Assembly (NCBI GenBank): GCA_021781455.1
Contig: JAJXWV010000078.1
Coordinates: 3,991 to 67,990 of the forward strand
DNA: 64,000 nucleotides
Direction: 5' to 3'
DNA from: Acidobacteriota bacterium
GTDB taxonomy: Bacteria > Acidobacteriota > Thermoanaerobaculia > Gp7-AA8
In this document: in pieces, positions 21,513 to 30,377 of the stretch
Numbering within the stretch: the first letter of the stretch is position 1
How the letters are laid out: the number at the start of each line of letters is the position of its first letter
Made by a program: the position numbers and the translations under genes
Notes under the pieces: model-generated
Databases searched by the model: none
The model's input: only the letters and a program-made list of their open reading frames with translations
What the model was told of the DNA's origin: nothing

Positions 21513-21583
21513 GATTTGAGATTGATGATTGATGAACCGAAGCGGATTTTGGACTTCGGTTCATCAATCATCAATCTCAAATC
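21513..21583. repeat. Perfect 30-bp-arm hairpin built of heptamers (GATTTGA/GATTGAT)
   Basis: Arms 21513-21542 and 21554-21583, 11-nt loop; second copy at 51123-51185. Confidence 0.95.
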
Positions 21584-21689
21584 ACAAATCCGACGGCGCC
21601 GTCTGCGTTACCATTTCTGCGGGCACACGCGTGTCGTCATCACGCGCGAACAACTGGCCCGCACCATCGAGCAGAGCTGTAAGGAGGCA

Positions 21690-21758
21690 ATGATGGCCAA
21701 AGGCACCAGTCAGCATAAGGAAAAGAAGAAACCGAAAAAGGACCCCAAGAAGAAGTAG
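21690..21758 (+). CDS. Lysine-rich microprotein (22 aa)
   Basis: AAGGAGG RBS; MMAKGTSQHKEKKKPKKDPKKK. Confidence 0.6.
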   Translation: MMAKGTSQHKEKKKPKKDPKKK

Positions 21759-21831
21759 CCCGCCACGCCGCCGCGCGGAGACATCCCGGCCGTGTCCAGC
21801 CGGGCCCGCGCGGCGGCGGCTCCACTCCCCC

Positions 21832-22020
21832 ATGCCTGCAACTCTCCCCATGAGCTGTCCCTACTGCGGGGAGCTCGTCGAACTGGGCATCGATGAAGAC
21901 GGCGGGAGCCGTCAGGAATTCGTGCAGGACTGTCCGGTATGCTGCCAGCCGTGGCAGGTCGCGGTCAGGCGCGACGCCGACGGCGTCTGGAGCGCCTCGC
22001 TCCGGACCGCCGACGAGTAG
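21832..22020 (+). CDS. CPXCG-motif cysteine-rich protein
   Basis: CPYCGE...QEFVQDCPVCCQP. Confidence 0.88.
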   Translation: MPATLPMSCPYCGELVELGIDEDGGSRQEFVQDCPVCCQPWQVAVRRDADGVWSASLRTADE

Positions 22021-22094
22021 ACCTGACCGATTCGAGCAGGAGCAACGATGAGCTCACGGCGGCTCGTCCGATGAAGTGACCGCTGCGGTCGCGC

Positions 22095-22673
22095 TCAAGG
22101 CGGCGCGACGAGCTGCAGGCGCGACCGCACGATCTGCTGCCAGCGTGAGCGCTGATTCATCGGATCGCCGGCTGCGATCAGAGGAGTGAGTCCATCGCGG
22201 CGAAGGATCGACTGGTGGCGCGCCAGTTCGGCTTCGAGGTCGCTGGCGGACCGCAACGGATGGGTCCGAACCTCAGGATCGAACAGTCGCTCGAGAAGGG
22301 CGACGGCCTTCTGCAGCGCCCGCGTACGCCACAGCGGCGTCGCAGCCACGGTGGCGACCTCGACGAGCTCGGCGTCGTCGATCGTCCACGAGCGGAACTT
22401 CGCCAGGATCGGGCCGAACGACAGCGCCGCGTCGAGGTTCCCGACGAGGTCCAGCCAGATGCCCGACGGATGGACGAACGTGTCAACGCAGCGCCGGCTC
22501 CCTTGTGACGCATCCGAGCAGTCGCGCATCAGCAGAGTAAAGCCGAGGTCGGTGGCCGCGGCGCGGTAGGGAGCAAGCTTCGCGCACATCAGGGCCGCGC
22601 CGTTGTTGCGGCACAGGGCCGCGCGATCAGGGCCGTTGGCCCGGCCTTCGATGTCTTTCGGAAGTGCGCTCAT
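22095..22673 (-). CDS. Hypothetical protein
   Basis: Open frame in otherwise unoccupied space; no recognised motif; start uncertain. Confidence 0.45.
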   Translation of the reverse strand: MSALPKDIEGRANGPDRAALCRNNGAALMCAKLAPYRAAATDLGFTLLMRDCSDASQGSRRCVDTFVHPSGIWLDLVGNLDAALSFGPILAKFRSWTIDDAELVEVATVAATPLWRTRALQKAVALLERLFDPEVRTHPLRSASDLEAELARHQSILRRDGLTPLIAAGDPMNQRSRWQQIVRSRLQLVAPP

Positions 22674-22959
22674 GACGCCGGTCGCAACCTCTGTGGCAAA
22701 TATTGGCTCCCATCCTATTGATGTCAATGCAATAAGGAACAGGCGGCACCGCCGCCGTAGAAATTGAGGGTACGGAGTGCCCGGCATACCAGGGTCATCT
22801 GTCGCGCGCTTGGTGTGCACGGCGCGACTCCGGCGGGCGGACGCCGGCCTGACAGGCTCAGCAGATCGCGGCGGCGGCGCCTCCGACGCCTCGCAACGAG
22901 CGCGACAGCATGACACCACGTAAGATGCTTATTAGAAATGACTTACATGGGCAGTAGCC

Positions 22960-22975
22960 TGGTATCCCCTTCGCA
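22960..22975 (+). promoter_or_regulatory. Putative sigma54 promoter
   Basis: TGGTATCCCCTTCGCA (GG-N10-GC) just upstream of the AGGAGG RBS of the 23002 gene. Confidence 0.45.
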
Positions 22976-23001
22976 ATGACTCATGCCAGGAGGTCAGGAC
23001 A

Positions 23002-23286
23002 ATGACATCAGGAATCATGCATAAGATTGGTGCTGTCGTGCTCAGCTCGAGCCTGTTGCTGACGGCCGGAAGCGCATTCGCAAACCAGTGGTCGAAGCCG
23101 CATAGCCGTACCCGCGGCGCGGTCATCGGCGCAGCGGCCGGCGCAGTGCTCGGCCCTCCCGGGATGATCGCCGGCGCCGCGATCGGCAACGGCGTCCAGG
23201 CCGCGCGTCACTCGCAGGCTAAACATCACACGTATCGAACCGCGAGGCGCCACTACCGGCATTACCGGCGTCACCGGTCGTACTGA
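23002..23286 (+). CDS. Small secreted glycine-zipper protein with Arg/His-rich tail
   Basis: Signal peptide ending AFA; GAVIGAAAGAVLG..GMIAGAAIG. Confidence 0.75.
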   Translation: MTSGIMHKIGAVVLSSSLLLTAGSAFANQWSKPHSRTRGAVIGAAAGAVLGPPGMIAGAAIGNGVQAARHSQAKHHTYRTARRHYRHYRRHRSY

Positions 23287-23307
23287 CGTGACTTCGTGAA
23301 CGCATTC

Positions 23308-23344
23308 AGCGGCCGGCGCGCCACAGCGCCGGCCGCTTTTTTTT
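23308..23344 (+). terminator. Rho-independent terminator
   Basis: AGCGGCCGGCGC stem, loop, GCGCCGGCCGCT, then a T-run. Confidence 0.9.
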
Positions 23345-23659
23345 GCGCGGAGACGGACTACATCATCACGCCGCCGACCTTCCAACGCCTTGGCGTTCGG
23401 GCCATCGAGACCCAAAAACACGCTCAGGAAGCGCCGATGCCTCGCTGGCGCCAAGGGTCTCAGCCGCTGGCGGAAAGCATTCCCCGGGAAACGTTTCGCG
23501 CCGGCCAGTCAATCCGGCGCTCAGGACATGAACCCGCGGACGGTCCGTTTGTAAAGGGACAGCATTCCCGTCCCGCCGCGCTGAACGGATGAGCTCCGCT
23601 CGGCGCCGTGCCCGCGGTTCTGGACGGGATTACAATCGCATCGCACGACGGAGGATCTC

Positions 23660-24265
23660 ATGGTGTCGAAACGCGTGTTGGCCGCCCTGTTTCTCTCGCA
23701 AGCGATCGCCGCGGTCGCCTTCGCCCAGAGTGCGGTAACGCCGGCGAGCGCGCCGGACGCCGCTGTCGCCGCTCCCGACGAGTTCGGCCGCGTCTCGGGC
23801 GGAGAGCTCAATGTCATCACGAAGCACAGCGACCGGTTTTCGGGCTCTTTCGGCATCGGGATGTCGAGATCGCAGATGCCGTTCGCGACCGGCACCAGCG
23901 GATCGTTGAACCGCTACAACGCCACTCTGGGCGGCACGATCGTCCCCGACCGGGCCTGGTTCTTCGCCTCCGCGGAGAAGAGCAATTCGCTGTTCTCCCC
24001 TCCCTTCGCCTCGGCGCTCCCTCAGAGCATGAGAGCGGACACTCGCCGGATCGATACCAACATGAGCGCGCAGATCGGCGACCGGCAGAGCCTCGCCGCT
24101 TCGTTTGCTTCGGGACAGTATCCCGGCGTCACGACCGCCACTCTCCCTACGTCATTCATGTCACTGCACTACACGGGTGTCGTTTCGCCCAACAGTTTCT
24201 TCAGCGCGACGTTCTCCCGTACCAGCGGCGCGCAGCAGGAGATCTTCGCCATTCCCCCGCGATAG
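23660..24265 (+). CDS. Secreted protein resembling a miniaturised Oar-like TonB-dependent receptor
   Basis: Signal peptide; EFGRVSGGELNVITK and ATLGGTIVPDRAWFFASAE motifs; GGAGG RBS. Confidence 0.7.
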   Translation: MVSKRVLAALFLSQAIAAVAFAQSAVTPASAPDAAVAAPDEFGRVSGGELNVITKHSDRFSGSFGIGMSRSQMPFATGTSGSLNRYNATLGGTIVPDRAWFFASAEKSNSLFSPPFASALPQSMRADTRRIDTNMSAQIGDRQSLAASFASGQYPGVTTATLPTSFMSLHYTGVVSPNSFFSATFSRTSGAQQEIFAIPPR

Positions 24266-24272
24266 AGCTCCG

Positions 24273-24339
24273 AACCACAGGGGCACAGAGCGAACAGAGG
24301 ACTCAGCGATTTCTCTGTGTGCTCTGTGCCTCTGTGGTT
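24273..24339. repeat. Nonamer-repeat element with 27-bp imperfect inverted arms (CACAGAG core)
   Basis: AACCACAGGGGCACAGAGCGAACAGAG versus CTCTGTGTGCTCTGTGCCTCTGTGGTT. Confidence 0.85.
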
Positions 24340-24488
24340 GATTGTCGTCTCGCGATCTCCTCATCCGCAGACATGCCGCGTGTGACGAAACCGTGTCCCC
24401 TTCAACAGAATCGCGGTCCCGTCGTTCTTCGCTATGAGGCCCGGGGTGTGCTCGCGAAACATCGACACGCCGCCGGCGTCTTAACGAC

Positions 24489-25241
24489 ATGTCCAGATCC
24501 CTCTTCGTGAAAAAGCTATCCGTGCTCGGGGTCGCCCTGCTCCTCGCACTGCCGGCGTTCGCCCAGTCAAGGCGCGGAGTCGGGCAACGAAGCCGGTCGG
24601 CACCGGGAACGGGCGACCCGGAGTCGGATCTAGCTCCGTGGCTGTACATCGAGAAGGGAGCGACGCTGCCGATCACCACGCCGCTCGTCCTCTACTGGCT
24701 TCCGGCCTCGAGCGAAGAGATGGAGCGCTCTCCACTGCTGACCTCGCGCGCTCTCATCGCAGATTCCGCGAGCTGCGTCGCGCTCGAGGCGGTCGTTCCG
24801 GACAACGAGGCCATGGCCGCGAAGCTCGGCGCGGCAGGCAGGCTGCCGATGGCCGTCCTGACCGACCGACATGGCAACGTGGTCCGGCGCGTGGAGAACG
24901 TGGGAGGCGCTCTCCGCCAGCCCGCAGTCGAGCAGATGGTGGCGGACGAGCTCAGCGCCCGCAATGAAGCGATGTACCACGACATCACCGAGGCCAGACG
25001 TCGAGCCGGCACCGGCAACAAGCAGGGCGCCATCGACCGCTACCAGAAGATCTGGGACGACCGCTGCCTCTTCCCGCTGGCGGGAGAGGAGGCGAAGAAG
25101 GCCTTGAAGGCACTCGGTGTCGTCGTTCAGGAACCGGCCGCCACCCTCGCCAGCGATCCGTACCTCAACGCTCCTCCCTCCGCGCTTCCAGAATCGAAGC
25201 AAGCTCCCGGCAAGTCCAGGAATCCGCCCGGGTCGCAATAG
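24489..25241 (+). CDS. Secreted hypothetical protein (possible thioredoxin-like fold plus TPR-like helices)
   Basis: Signal peptide ending AFA-Q; PLVLYW...PMAVLTDRHG pattern; helical C-terminus. Confidence 0.65.
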   Translation: MSRSLFVKKLSVLGVALLLALPAFAQSRRGVGQRSRSAPGTGDPESDLAPWLYIEKGATLPITTPLVLYWLPASSEEMERSPLLTSRALIADSASCVALEAVVPDNEAMAAKLGAAGRLPMAVLTDRHGNVVRRVENVGGALRQPAVEQMVADELSARNEAMYHDITEARRRAGTGNKQGAIDRYQKIWDDRCLFPLAGEEAKKALKALGVVVQEPAATLASDPYLNAPPSALPESKQAPGKSRNPPGSQ

Positions 25242-25283
25242 ACGATCGAAAACCCGGGGCATCAGGAGACGCAGAAACCCTCC

Positions 25284-25529
25284 ATGCCGCCCGCTCCGCA
25301 GACCTCGGCGCGCACGCTCGTCGCGTTCTTCGCGCTGACGTTCGCGGTCACCTGGTCGTTTTTCATCACCGCCGGAACGCTGACAGGGCTCATTCCCGGA
25401 GCGCTCCGGATGCTCGTGATCATGCTGGGAGTGTTCACTCCCGCGATGGTCGCGCTCCTGTTCACCGCGCGGGCCGAGGGATCGACGGGAGTGCTGGCCC
25501 TGCTCGGCCGCAGGGCTGTGACGATCTGA
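25284..25529 (+). pseudogene. N-terminal fragment of a CPBP/Abi intramembrane protease
   Basis: FFALTFAVTW...PAMVALL...EG..GV.ALL.R; stops before the EExxxR catalytic motif. Confidence 0.55.
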
Positions 25530-25611
25530 TGGCGCTCGTGATCCCGGTCACGGAATGCGGCGGATTCGCGCCCTAGGTTGCTGCGCAAAGCACAATCCGG
25601 CCAGGAGGCAC

Positions 25612-25643
25612 AAAAAAGGGGGCGTACCGCCCCCTTTTCTTTT
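25612..25643. terminator. Bidirectional terminator-like hairpin
   Basis: AAAAAAGGGGGCG-TAC-CGCCCCCTTTTCTTTT. Confidence 0.75.
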
Positions 25644-25712
25644 ATCCCCGTGACGACGCGCGTGTGCGTGTCGCGTTCCGACGACCCAGTCAACCAAGGA
25701 GGTCTTTTGCCC

Positions 25713-26969
25713 ATGCGTAGAGGATTCACGATTCCGTCAACGGGAGGAAACCATCTCAGTAACAAGCGCCCCGCGGCAGGCCGCTGTTCGGGCCAGGACG
25801 GCTTCACGCTGGTCGAGCTGCTGGTGGTCATCGCCGTCATCGCCATCCTGATCGGGCTGCTGCTGCCGGCGGTGCAGAAGGTACGCGAGGCGGCCAACCG
25901 CGCCGGCTGCTCGAACAACCTGCGCACCATCGCGAACGCCGAGATGAAGTACTTCGCGACGCATCGCACGTATGCCAGCTCGTTCGACAGCCTCGGGCTC
26001 TCCGACCAGTTTCCGAACAATCAGAACGGCGGCTACGAGTTCGCGATCAACGGCAACGAGACGCGGTTCCTCGCCACCGGCACGCCGGCGGCTCCGGGTG
26101 TGACCGCCTCCGTCGATTGTCAGATCGATCAGGGCAATCGGGTGGTTTGCGGGCCGAATCCGAAATCCGACATGGGCCGCCGCCGGATGTTCGCGGCCGT
26201 CAACAGCGAGGCCGCTCACAGCATTGCCATGCTGCTGGCGCAGATGCCCGATGCTCTGAAGCAGGTCGTTCCCGCGCTGCAGGGCAATCACGCCGTCAGC
26301 GACGTCTTTCACCGGCTGGACCTCAACGGCGACGGCTTTGTCAGTCCCGCCGAGATCGTCAGCGCCCAGGGAGCGGACACCACCGGCGCACTCGGAGAGC
26401 TGCTGCCGGCCGTTCAGCGCGACCTGCAACTCGGCCTCGCCGGCGAAAACCTCTCGAAGCTGCCGGGCGTGAGTCTGGCCATGCTCACCTCGGCCGCGCC
26501 TAACAGCAATTCCTCGGTCAACCTCAACGGCGACCTCGGAATCGTCAGGAGCACGACTCCTCTCACCAACGGGAACGTGGTCTCTGCCATCGAGCTGGCC
26601 GGTTTCTGTGACGGCAGTGTGCGGCCCGTTGAGGGCGGCAGCAATCAGCTCAACGGCCGCAGCACTGGTTTCTTCTCTCCGCTCGCATCGGCCGATCCGA
26701 AGAATCAGTCGTGGTCGGGACCGATCACCTTTACGGCCCCGAACGGCAACATACTCGACGGCGTCCTCATCGGCCTGCTCCTGCCTGCGGTGAGGATCGG
26801 TGGTGCCGGCGGGCTGAGCGGGCTCGTGATCATCACCGACGGTACCTCGAACACTCTGCAGGGAGCGTTCGGCCCGGCAATGATCGGAGGCCTCACATCG
26901 ACGGACCCGAACTTCCAGAGCTCCTCGTTCCGCCTGAAATCGTTCGCAGTTTCGTCCGGCGGCGATTGA
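25713..26969 (+). CDS. Type IV pilin/pseudopilin-like protein with N-methylation motif, EF-hand and dispersed DUF1559-like motifs
   Basis: [58 protein letters not shown]. Confidence 0.85.
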   Translation: MRRGFTIPSTGGNHLSNKRPAAGRCSGQDGFTLVELLVVIAVIAILIGLLLPAVQKVREAANRAGCSNNLRTIANAEMKYFATHRTYASSFDSLGLSDQFPNNQNGGYEFAINGNETRFLATGTPAAPGVTASVDCQIDQGNRVVCGPNPKSDMGRRRMFAAVNSEAAHSIAMLLAQMPDALKQVVPALQGNHAVSDVFHRLDLNGDGFVSPAEIVSAQGADTTGALGELLPAVQRDLQLGLAGENLSKLPGVSLAMLTSAAPNSNSSVNLNGDLGIVRSTTPLTNGNVVSAIELAGFCDGSVRPVEGGSNQLNGRSTGFFSPLASADPKNQSWSGPITFTAPNGNILDGVLIGLLLPAVRIGGAGGLSGLVIITDGTSNTLQGAFGPAMIGGLTSTDPNFQSSSFRLKSFAVSSGGD

Positions 26970-27081
26970 CCGAAGCACTTGTGACGACGGACAGGCTGAG
27001 AACCTGTCGTCCACGTGTTCTTTCCGGGATTGAAGACCCTTCTCCCCCGCGCGCAACGGGGGAGAAGGTGCCGGCAGGATT

Positions 27082-28062
27082 TCAGACGAACATCGCGTCG
27101 GCGAGCCGCTGCAGCATCGGCAGGCCTCGAATCTCGGTCTCGTACAGCGGCACGATGGCGCGGACGCTTCCGTCGAACTTCTGCCACACGGTGCGCATGT
27201 GCTCTTCCTGCATGGTCACGCGATTCTTGACGAAGTCCGCGGATTGCGCGTCGAGTGAGCTCTTGTCGATGAGCATGTTGACCAGGACGCCTCCCACCGG
27301 AATCCCGAAATCGTGGAACCACTGGATGAAGCGCGTGATGACGGCGATCGGAAGCGCTTCCGGCAGCGCGACGAAGAAGAACGAGGTCTTCTCGGGATCC
27401 GTGAGCAGCACGCGACCGTGCTCCATGCGGTCGCGGAAGGAGACCAGGTAGTCCATGAGGGGATCCTGCTGCTTCTTCTTGGTGAAGGAGAGCAATTCGC
27501 GCAGGGTTCTCGCCTCCTCGCGGCTCTTGAGCATCTTGTTGACCCAGAGCGAGTAGACCTTCGACATCCCGAGAAGACGGCGTGCGTTCGCCGTGGGAGC
27601 AGTGTCGAAGACATAGACGTCGTACTCGTTCTTGAACATGAGATCGATCATGTTCTCGAACATCGCCGACTCCTCGAAGGCCGGGTTCATTGTGGCCGAG
27701 GCGACGAAGTCTTCGGCCTTGGTGGAGATGTCCGCGAATTTGAGGAACCACTGGATCTTTTCGCGAATCTCGGTCTTCGAGCGCTCGATCGTGTCCTTGG
27801 TCTCGATCTCGTAGGCCCAGAGGTTGGGCACTCCGTCCACAGCTGTGTGTTTGCCGAGGACGTTCTGACCGAGAAGACTGGTGAGGCTGTGGACCGGGTT
27901 GGTCGAGGCGAGCATCGTCCGGCGTCCCTGCCTGGCCAGCCAGACCGCGGTGGCCGCGGCGAAGACCGTCTTTCCGACGCCGCCCTTGCCCCCGAAGAAG
28001 ACGAACTTGAGATTGCCGTGCGCCTTCAGGTAATCGCGCATGGATGTCTGAATGTCGGGCAT
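27082..28062 (-). CDS. ArsA/GET3-family ATPase (switch I Asp replaced by Asn)
   Basis: GKGGVGKT, STNPVHSL, FDTAPT; no Cys. Confidence 0.93.
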   Translation of the reverse strand: MPDIQTSMRDYLKAHGNLKFVFFGGKGGVGKTVFAAATAVWLARQGRRTMLASTNPVHSLTSLLGQNVLGKHTAVDGVPNLWAYEIETKDTIERSKTEIREKIQWFLKFADISTKAEDFVASATMNPAFEESAMFENMIDLMFKNEYDVYVFDTAPTANARRLLGMSKVYSLWVNKMLKSREEARTLRELLSFTKKKQQDPLMDYLVSFRDRMEHGRVLLTDPEKTSFFFVALPEALPIAVITRFIQWFHDFGIPVGGVLVNMLIDKSSLDAQSADFVKNRVTMQEEHMRTVWQKFDGSVRAIVPLYETEIRGLPMLQRLADAMFV

Positions 28063-28079
28063 GGTCTTACCCTCCCCCG

Positions 28080-29072
28080 TTAGCGGGCCGTGACGAGCGC
28101 CTCGCCATACATGATTCCGGCGAGTTTCTCGATCATCGGCAGGCCGGTGACGTCGCGCTCCAGTTCCGGAACGTAGGCCAGAACGTCGTTGCCGAACGTC
28201 GCGCGGATGGTGTCGAGGTACTTGTCCTGCATCAGGATGCGATTGCGCAGATAGTCGGGGATGGACTGTTTGAGCAACTCGTGGGGAATGACGCGATTCA
28301 CCACATAGCCCCCAATGGGGACGTCGAACTGCGCGAACAGCTTTGCCGCCTTCTGAGTGTCGATGATGATCATGTCCTCGGGCACGACCACGAAGAAGAA
28401 AGCCGTCTTCGCCTTGTCCGTAAGAATGGAGGACGAGGCATTGATCCGTCCCTTGATGTAAACGAGCTCATTGAGGATCTCGTCCTGTTCCGTCTGTTTT
28501 TCTCTCTTGAGACGGCTGACCATCTCTTCGTACTCGCGCATGTCCTCGCGCAGCTTGGTCACCTTGTTGATCCACTCGTCGTAAACCTTGGCCATGCTCA
28601 GGTAATACAGAGCGTGGCCGAGAGGAACGAGGTCGTAGATGTAGTAGTCATAGCTGCCCTCGACCACGACGTCCACCACGGCGTCGAAAATCGCGCTCTC
28701 CTCCATGGCCGGTTCTGCACTGGCCGCCTGGATGTAATGCTCGATCTCCTCCGGCACTGACGGGAGGCCGTAGCGGTCGCGGATCTTCGCCCGAATCTCC
28801 TCCTGGTACGCCTTGATGTGCGAGTCGGCGTCGATCTCCTGGGCCCAGAGGTTCTCCATGATTTTCACGGGGCCTTTTCCGAAGATGTCGCGCTGGAAGA
28901 TATCGGTGAGCGACGCCTGCGGGTCGACCGAGAAGACCAGGACCTTCTTGCCCTGCGCGGCGAGCCAGTAGGCCGTGGCGGCCGAGAAAGTGGTCTTGCC
29001 GAGACCTCCCTTGCCGCCGAACATGATGTAGCGACGATCGGGGTTCTGTTGAAAAACCTCTTTCATCCCCAT
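28080..29072 (-). CDS. ArsA/GET3-family ATPase (divergent switch II)
   Basis: GKGGLGKTT, SVDPQASL, YDLVPLGH; no Cys. Confidence 0.93.
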   Translation of the reverse strand: MGMKEVFQQNPDRRYIMFGGKGGLGKTTFSAATAYWLAAQGKKVLVFSVDPQASLTDIFQRDIFGKGPVKIMENLWAQEIDADSHIKAYQEEIRAKIRDRYGLPSVPEEIEHYIQAASAEPAMEESAIFDAVVDVVVEGSYDYYIYDLVPLGHALYYLSMAKVYDEWINKVTKLREDMREYEEMVSRLKREKQTEQDEILNELVYIKGRINASSSILTDKAKTAFFFVVVPEDMIIIDTQKAAKLFAQFDVPIGGYVVNRVIPHELLKQSIPDYLRNRILMQDKYLDTIRATFGNDVLAYVPELERDVTGLPMIEKLAGIMYGEALVTAR

Positions 29073-29117
29073 TGAGTCCTCACTCTCTATGTCCTAATGC
29101 CTTCGTTTTCTCGCGCG

Positions 29118-29402
29118 TTAGAACATGGCATCGGATACGTCCTTCTCGCGGAGCATCCGGCGCTTCCATGTCGCAATCTGCGGGACGACATAGGGCAGCA
29201 ACCTGAGGCTGTAATAAGGAGGGAGAATGGGGATTCCGAGCATGTCGCCCATGGTGATGAGGATGAACAGGTGCTCCATGGAGGCGCGTGTCCGTAGGGC
29301 GGCTCGGCTCATGTCGTGTGCCGACATGCCGTAAATGGTTTCCTTGAAGCCGCTCCATAATCCCTTGAAGCCGCCGGGCCTTTCCAATTTCTTGTCTGTC
29401 AC
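29118..29402 (-). CDS. Small CstA/ArsA-associated hypothetical protein (paralogue A)
   Basis: AAGGAG RBS plus GTG; RASMEHLFILITMGDMLGIPILPPYYSLRLLPYV...WKRRMLRE. Confidence 0.85.
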   Translation of the reverse strand: MTDKKLERPGGFKGLWSGFKETIYGMSAHDMSRAALRTRASMEHLFILITMGDMLGIPILPPYYSLRLLPYVVPQIATWKRRMLREKDVSDAMF

Positions 29403-29419
29403 TGCTGTCTCCTTTGGCC

Positions 29420-29695
29420 TTACACACCGTGAAGGTGATGTTCGTGTTCGTCTCCCAATTGGTGTTCGCGAAGCATCCGCCGTTTCCAGCCCTTGACTGA
29501 GCCGGCGACATACGGAAGCAGACGAAGGGCATAATAGGGTGGCATGACGGGCACGCCGATCATGTCGCCGAAGGTGACGAGGATGAAGAGCCGCTCCATT
29601 GAGGCGCGTATCTCCAGGGCCTGCTGCGCGGTCTCGTATCCGAACATGCCATACAGGAATTCGCGGAACGCCTTCATCCAGCTCCCGTGCTTCAC
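29420..29695 (-). CDS. Small CstA/ArsA-associated hypothetical protein (paralogue B, His-rich tail)
   Basis: RASMERLFILVTFGDMIGVPVMPPYYALRLLPYV...WKRRMLRE...HEHHLH; start at GTG 29695 or ATG 29677. Confidence 0.82.
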   Translation of the reverse strand: MKHGSWMKAFREFLYGMFGYETAQQALEIRASMERLFILVTFGDMIGVPVMPPYYALRLLPYVAGSVKGWKRRMLREHQLGDEHEHHLHGV

Positions 29696-29725
29696 CGCCG
29701 GACCGCTGCCTCCCGGAGGACGACG

Positions 29726-30364
29726 GTGAATGCGGCCGTGATCATCGTCGTGGCTGTTGTCATGGGCTGGTTCGCCGTCGGCAGCATCTGGAACGTCCGC
29801 AGGGGAAACGCCGTCCTGCGCTGGCTGCAGGATGGGCTCCCGCTTGTCGGCGAGCGCACCACAGTGCGCTGGCTCGGCACTACGTCCGTGGAGATGGTGA
29901 TCGGCCAGGCCAGGAAACCGTTCGATCAGGTGACGCTGGTGGTATTCCTCGAGCCGAGAGACGTGCCGTGGATCTGGGGCCCATCTCGCCTGCGGGGCCG
30001 GCGCGACACCCTGATCTTCCGGGCTCGCCTCGGAACGACGCCGGTCGTCGATCTCGAGGCATTCGACCCCGCCAGCTGGTCGGGGCGCGAGGCCCGCTCC
30101 CGGACCACCGCCGAACGATGGACCCTGCGCGAGCCGAAGCGCGCCGGCGACCTGCCCCTCTACTACAAGCTCGAAGGAGGGATGGCCATCGCCGACGCCC
30201 TCCTCGGGCTCGCACGCGAAGGCGGAATGACGGTGCGCCGCCTCTCCGTCCGTCGCGCCGAGCCCCACCTGCAGCTTCATGTCGATCTTCCCCCCGCCTC
30301 CGCCCCTGCGGCGGAGTTCTTCGGTACTCTGCGTGCCCTCGGCGAGACCGCGGCACGCTGTTAG
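29726..30364 (+). CDS. Single-TM membrane-anchored hypothetical protein, oriented opposite to the surrounding operon
   Basis: GGAGG RBS plus GTG; N-terminal TM helix; LEPRDVPW..RGRRDTLIFRA. Confidence 0.8.
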   Translation: MNAAVIIVVAVVMGWFAVGSIWNVRRGNAVLRWLQDGLPLVGERTTVRWLGTTSVEMVIGQARKPFDQVTLVVFLEPRDVPWIWGPSRLRGRRDTLIFRARLGTTPVVDLEAFDPASWSGREARSRTTAERWTLREPKRAGDLPLYYKLEGGMAIADALLGLAREGGMTVRRLSVRRAEPHLQLHVDLPPASAPAAEFFGTLRALGETAARC

Positions 30365-30377
30365 GCGCCCCTTCTCC

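Noticed and set aside
25575..25643. Riboswitch or attenuator before the pilin gene
   Set aside because: A terminator-like hairpin is present but no aptamer consensus could be recognised; an Rfam scan would be needed.
27082..29072. Arsenic-resistance operon
   Set aside because: No Cys ligands and no arsB/acr3/arsC/arsR/arsD.
30360..30366. GTTAGGC as an integron attC core (also GCCTAAC at ~52274)
   Set aside because: Only the 7-nt core is present; no paired R''/L boxes, cassette array or integrase.
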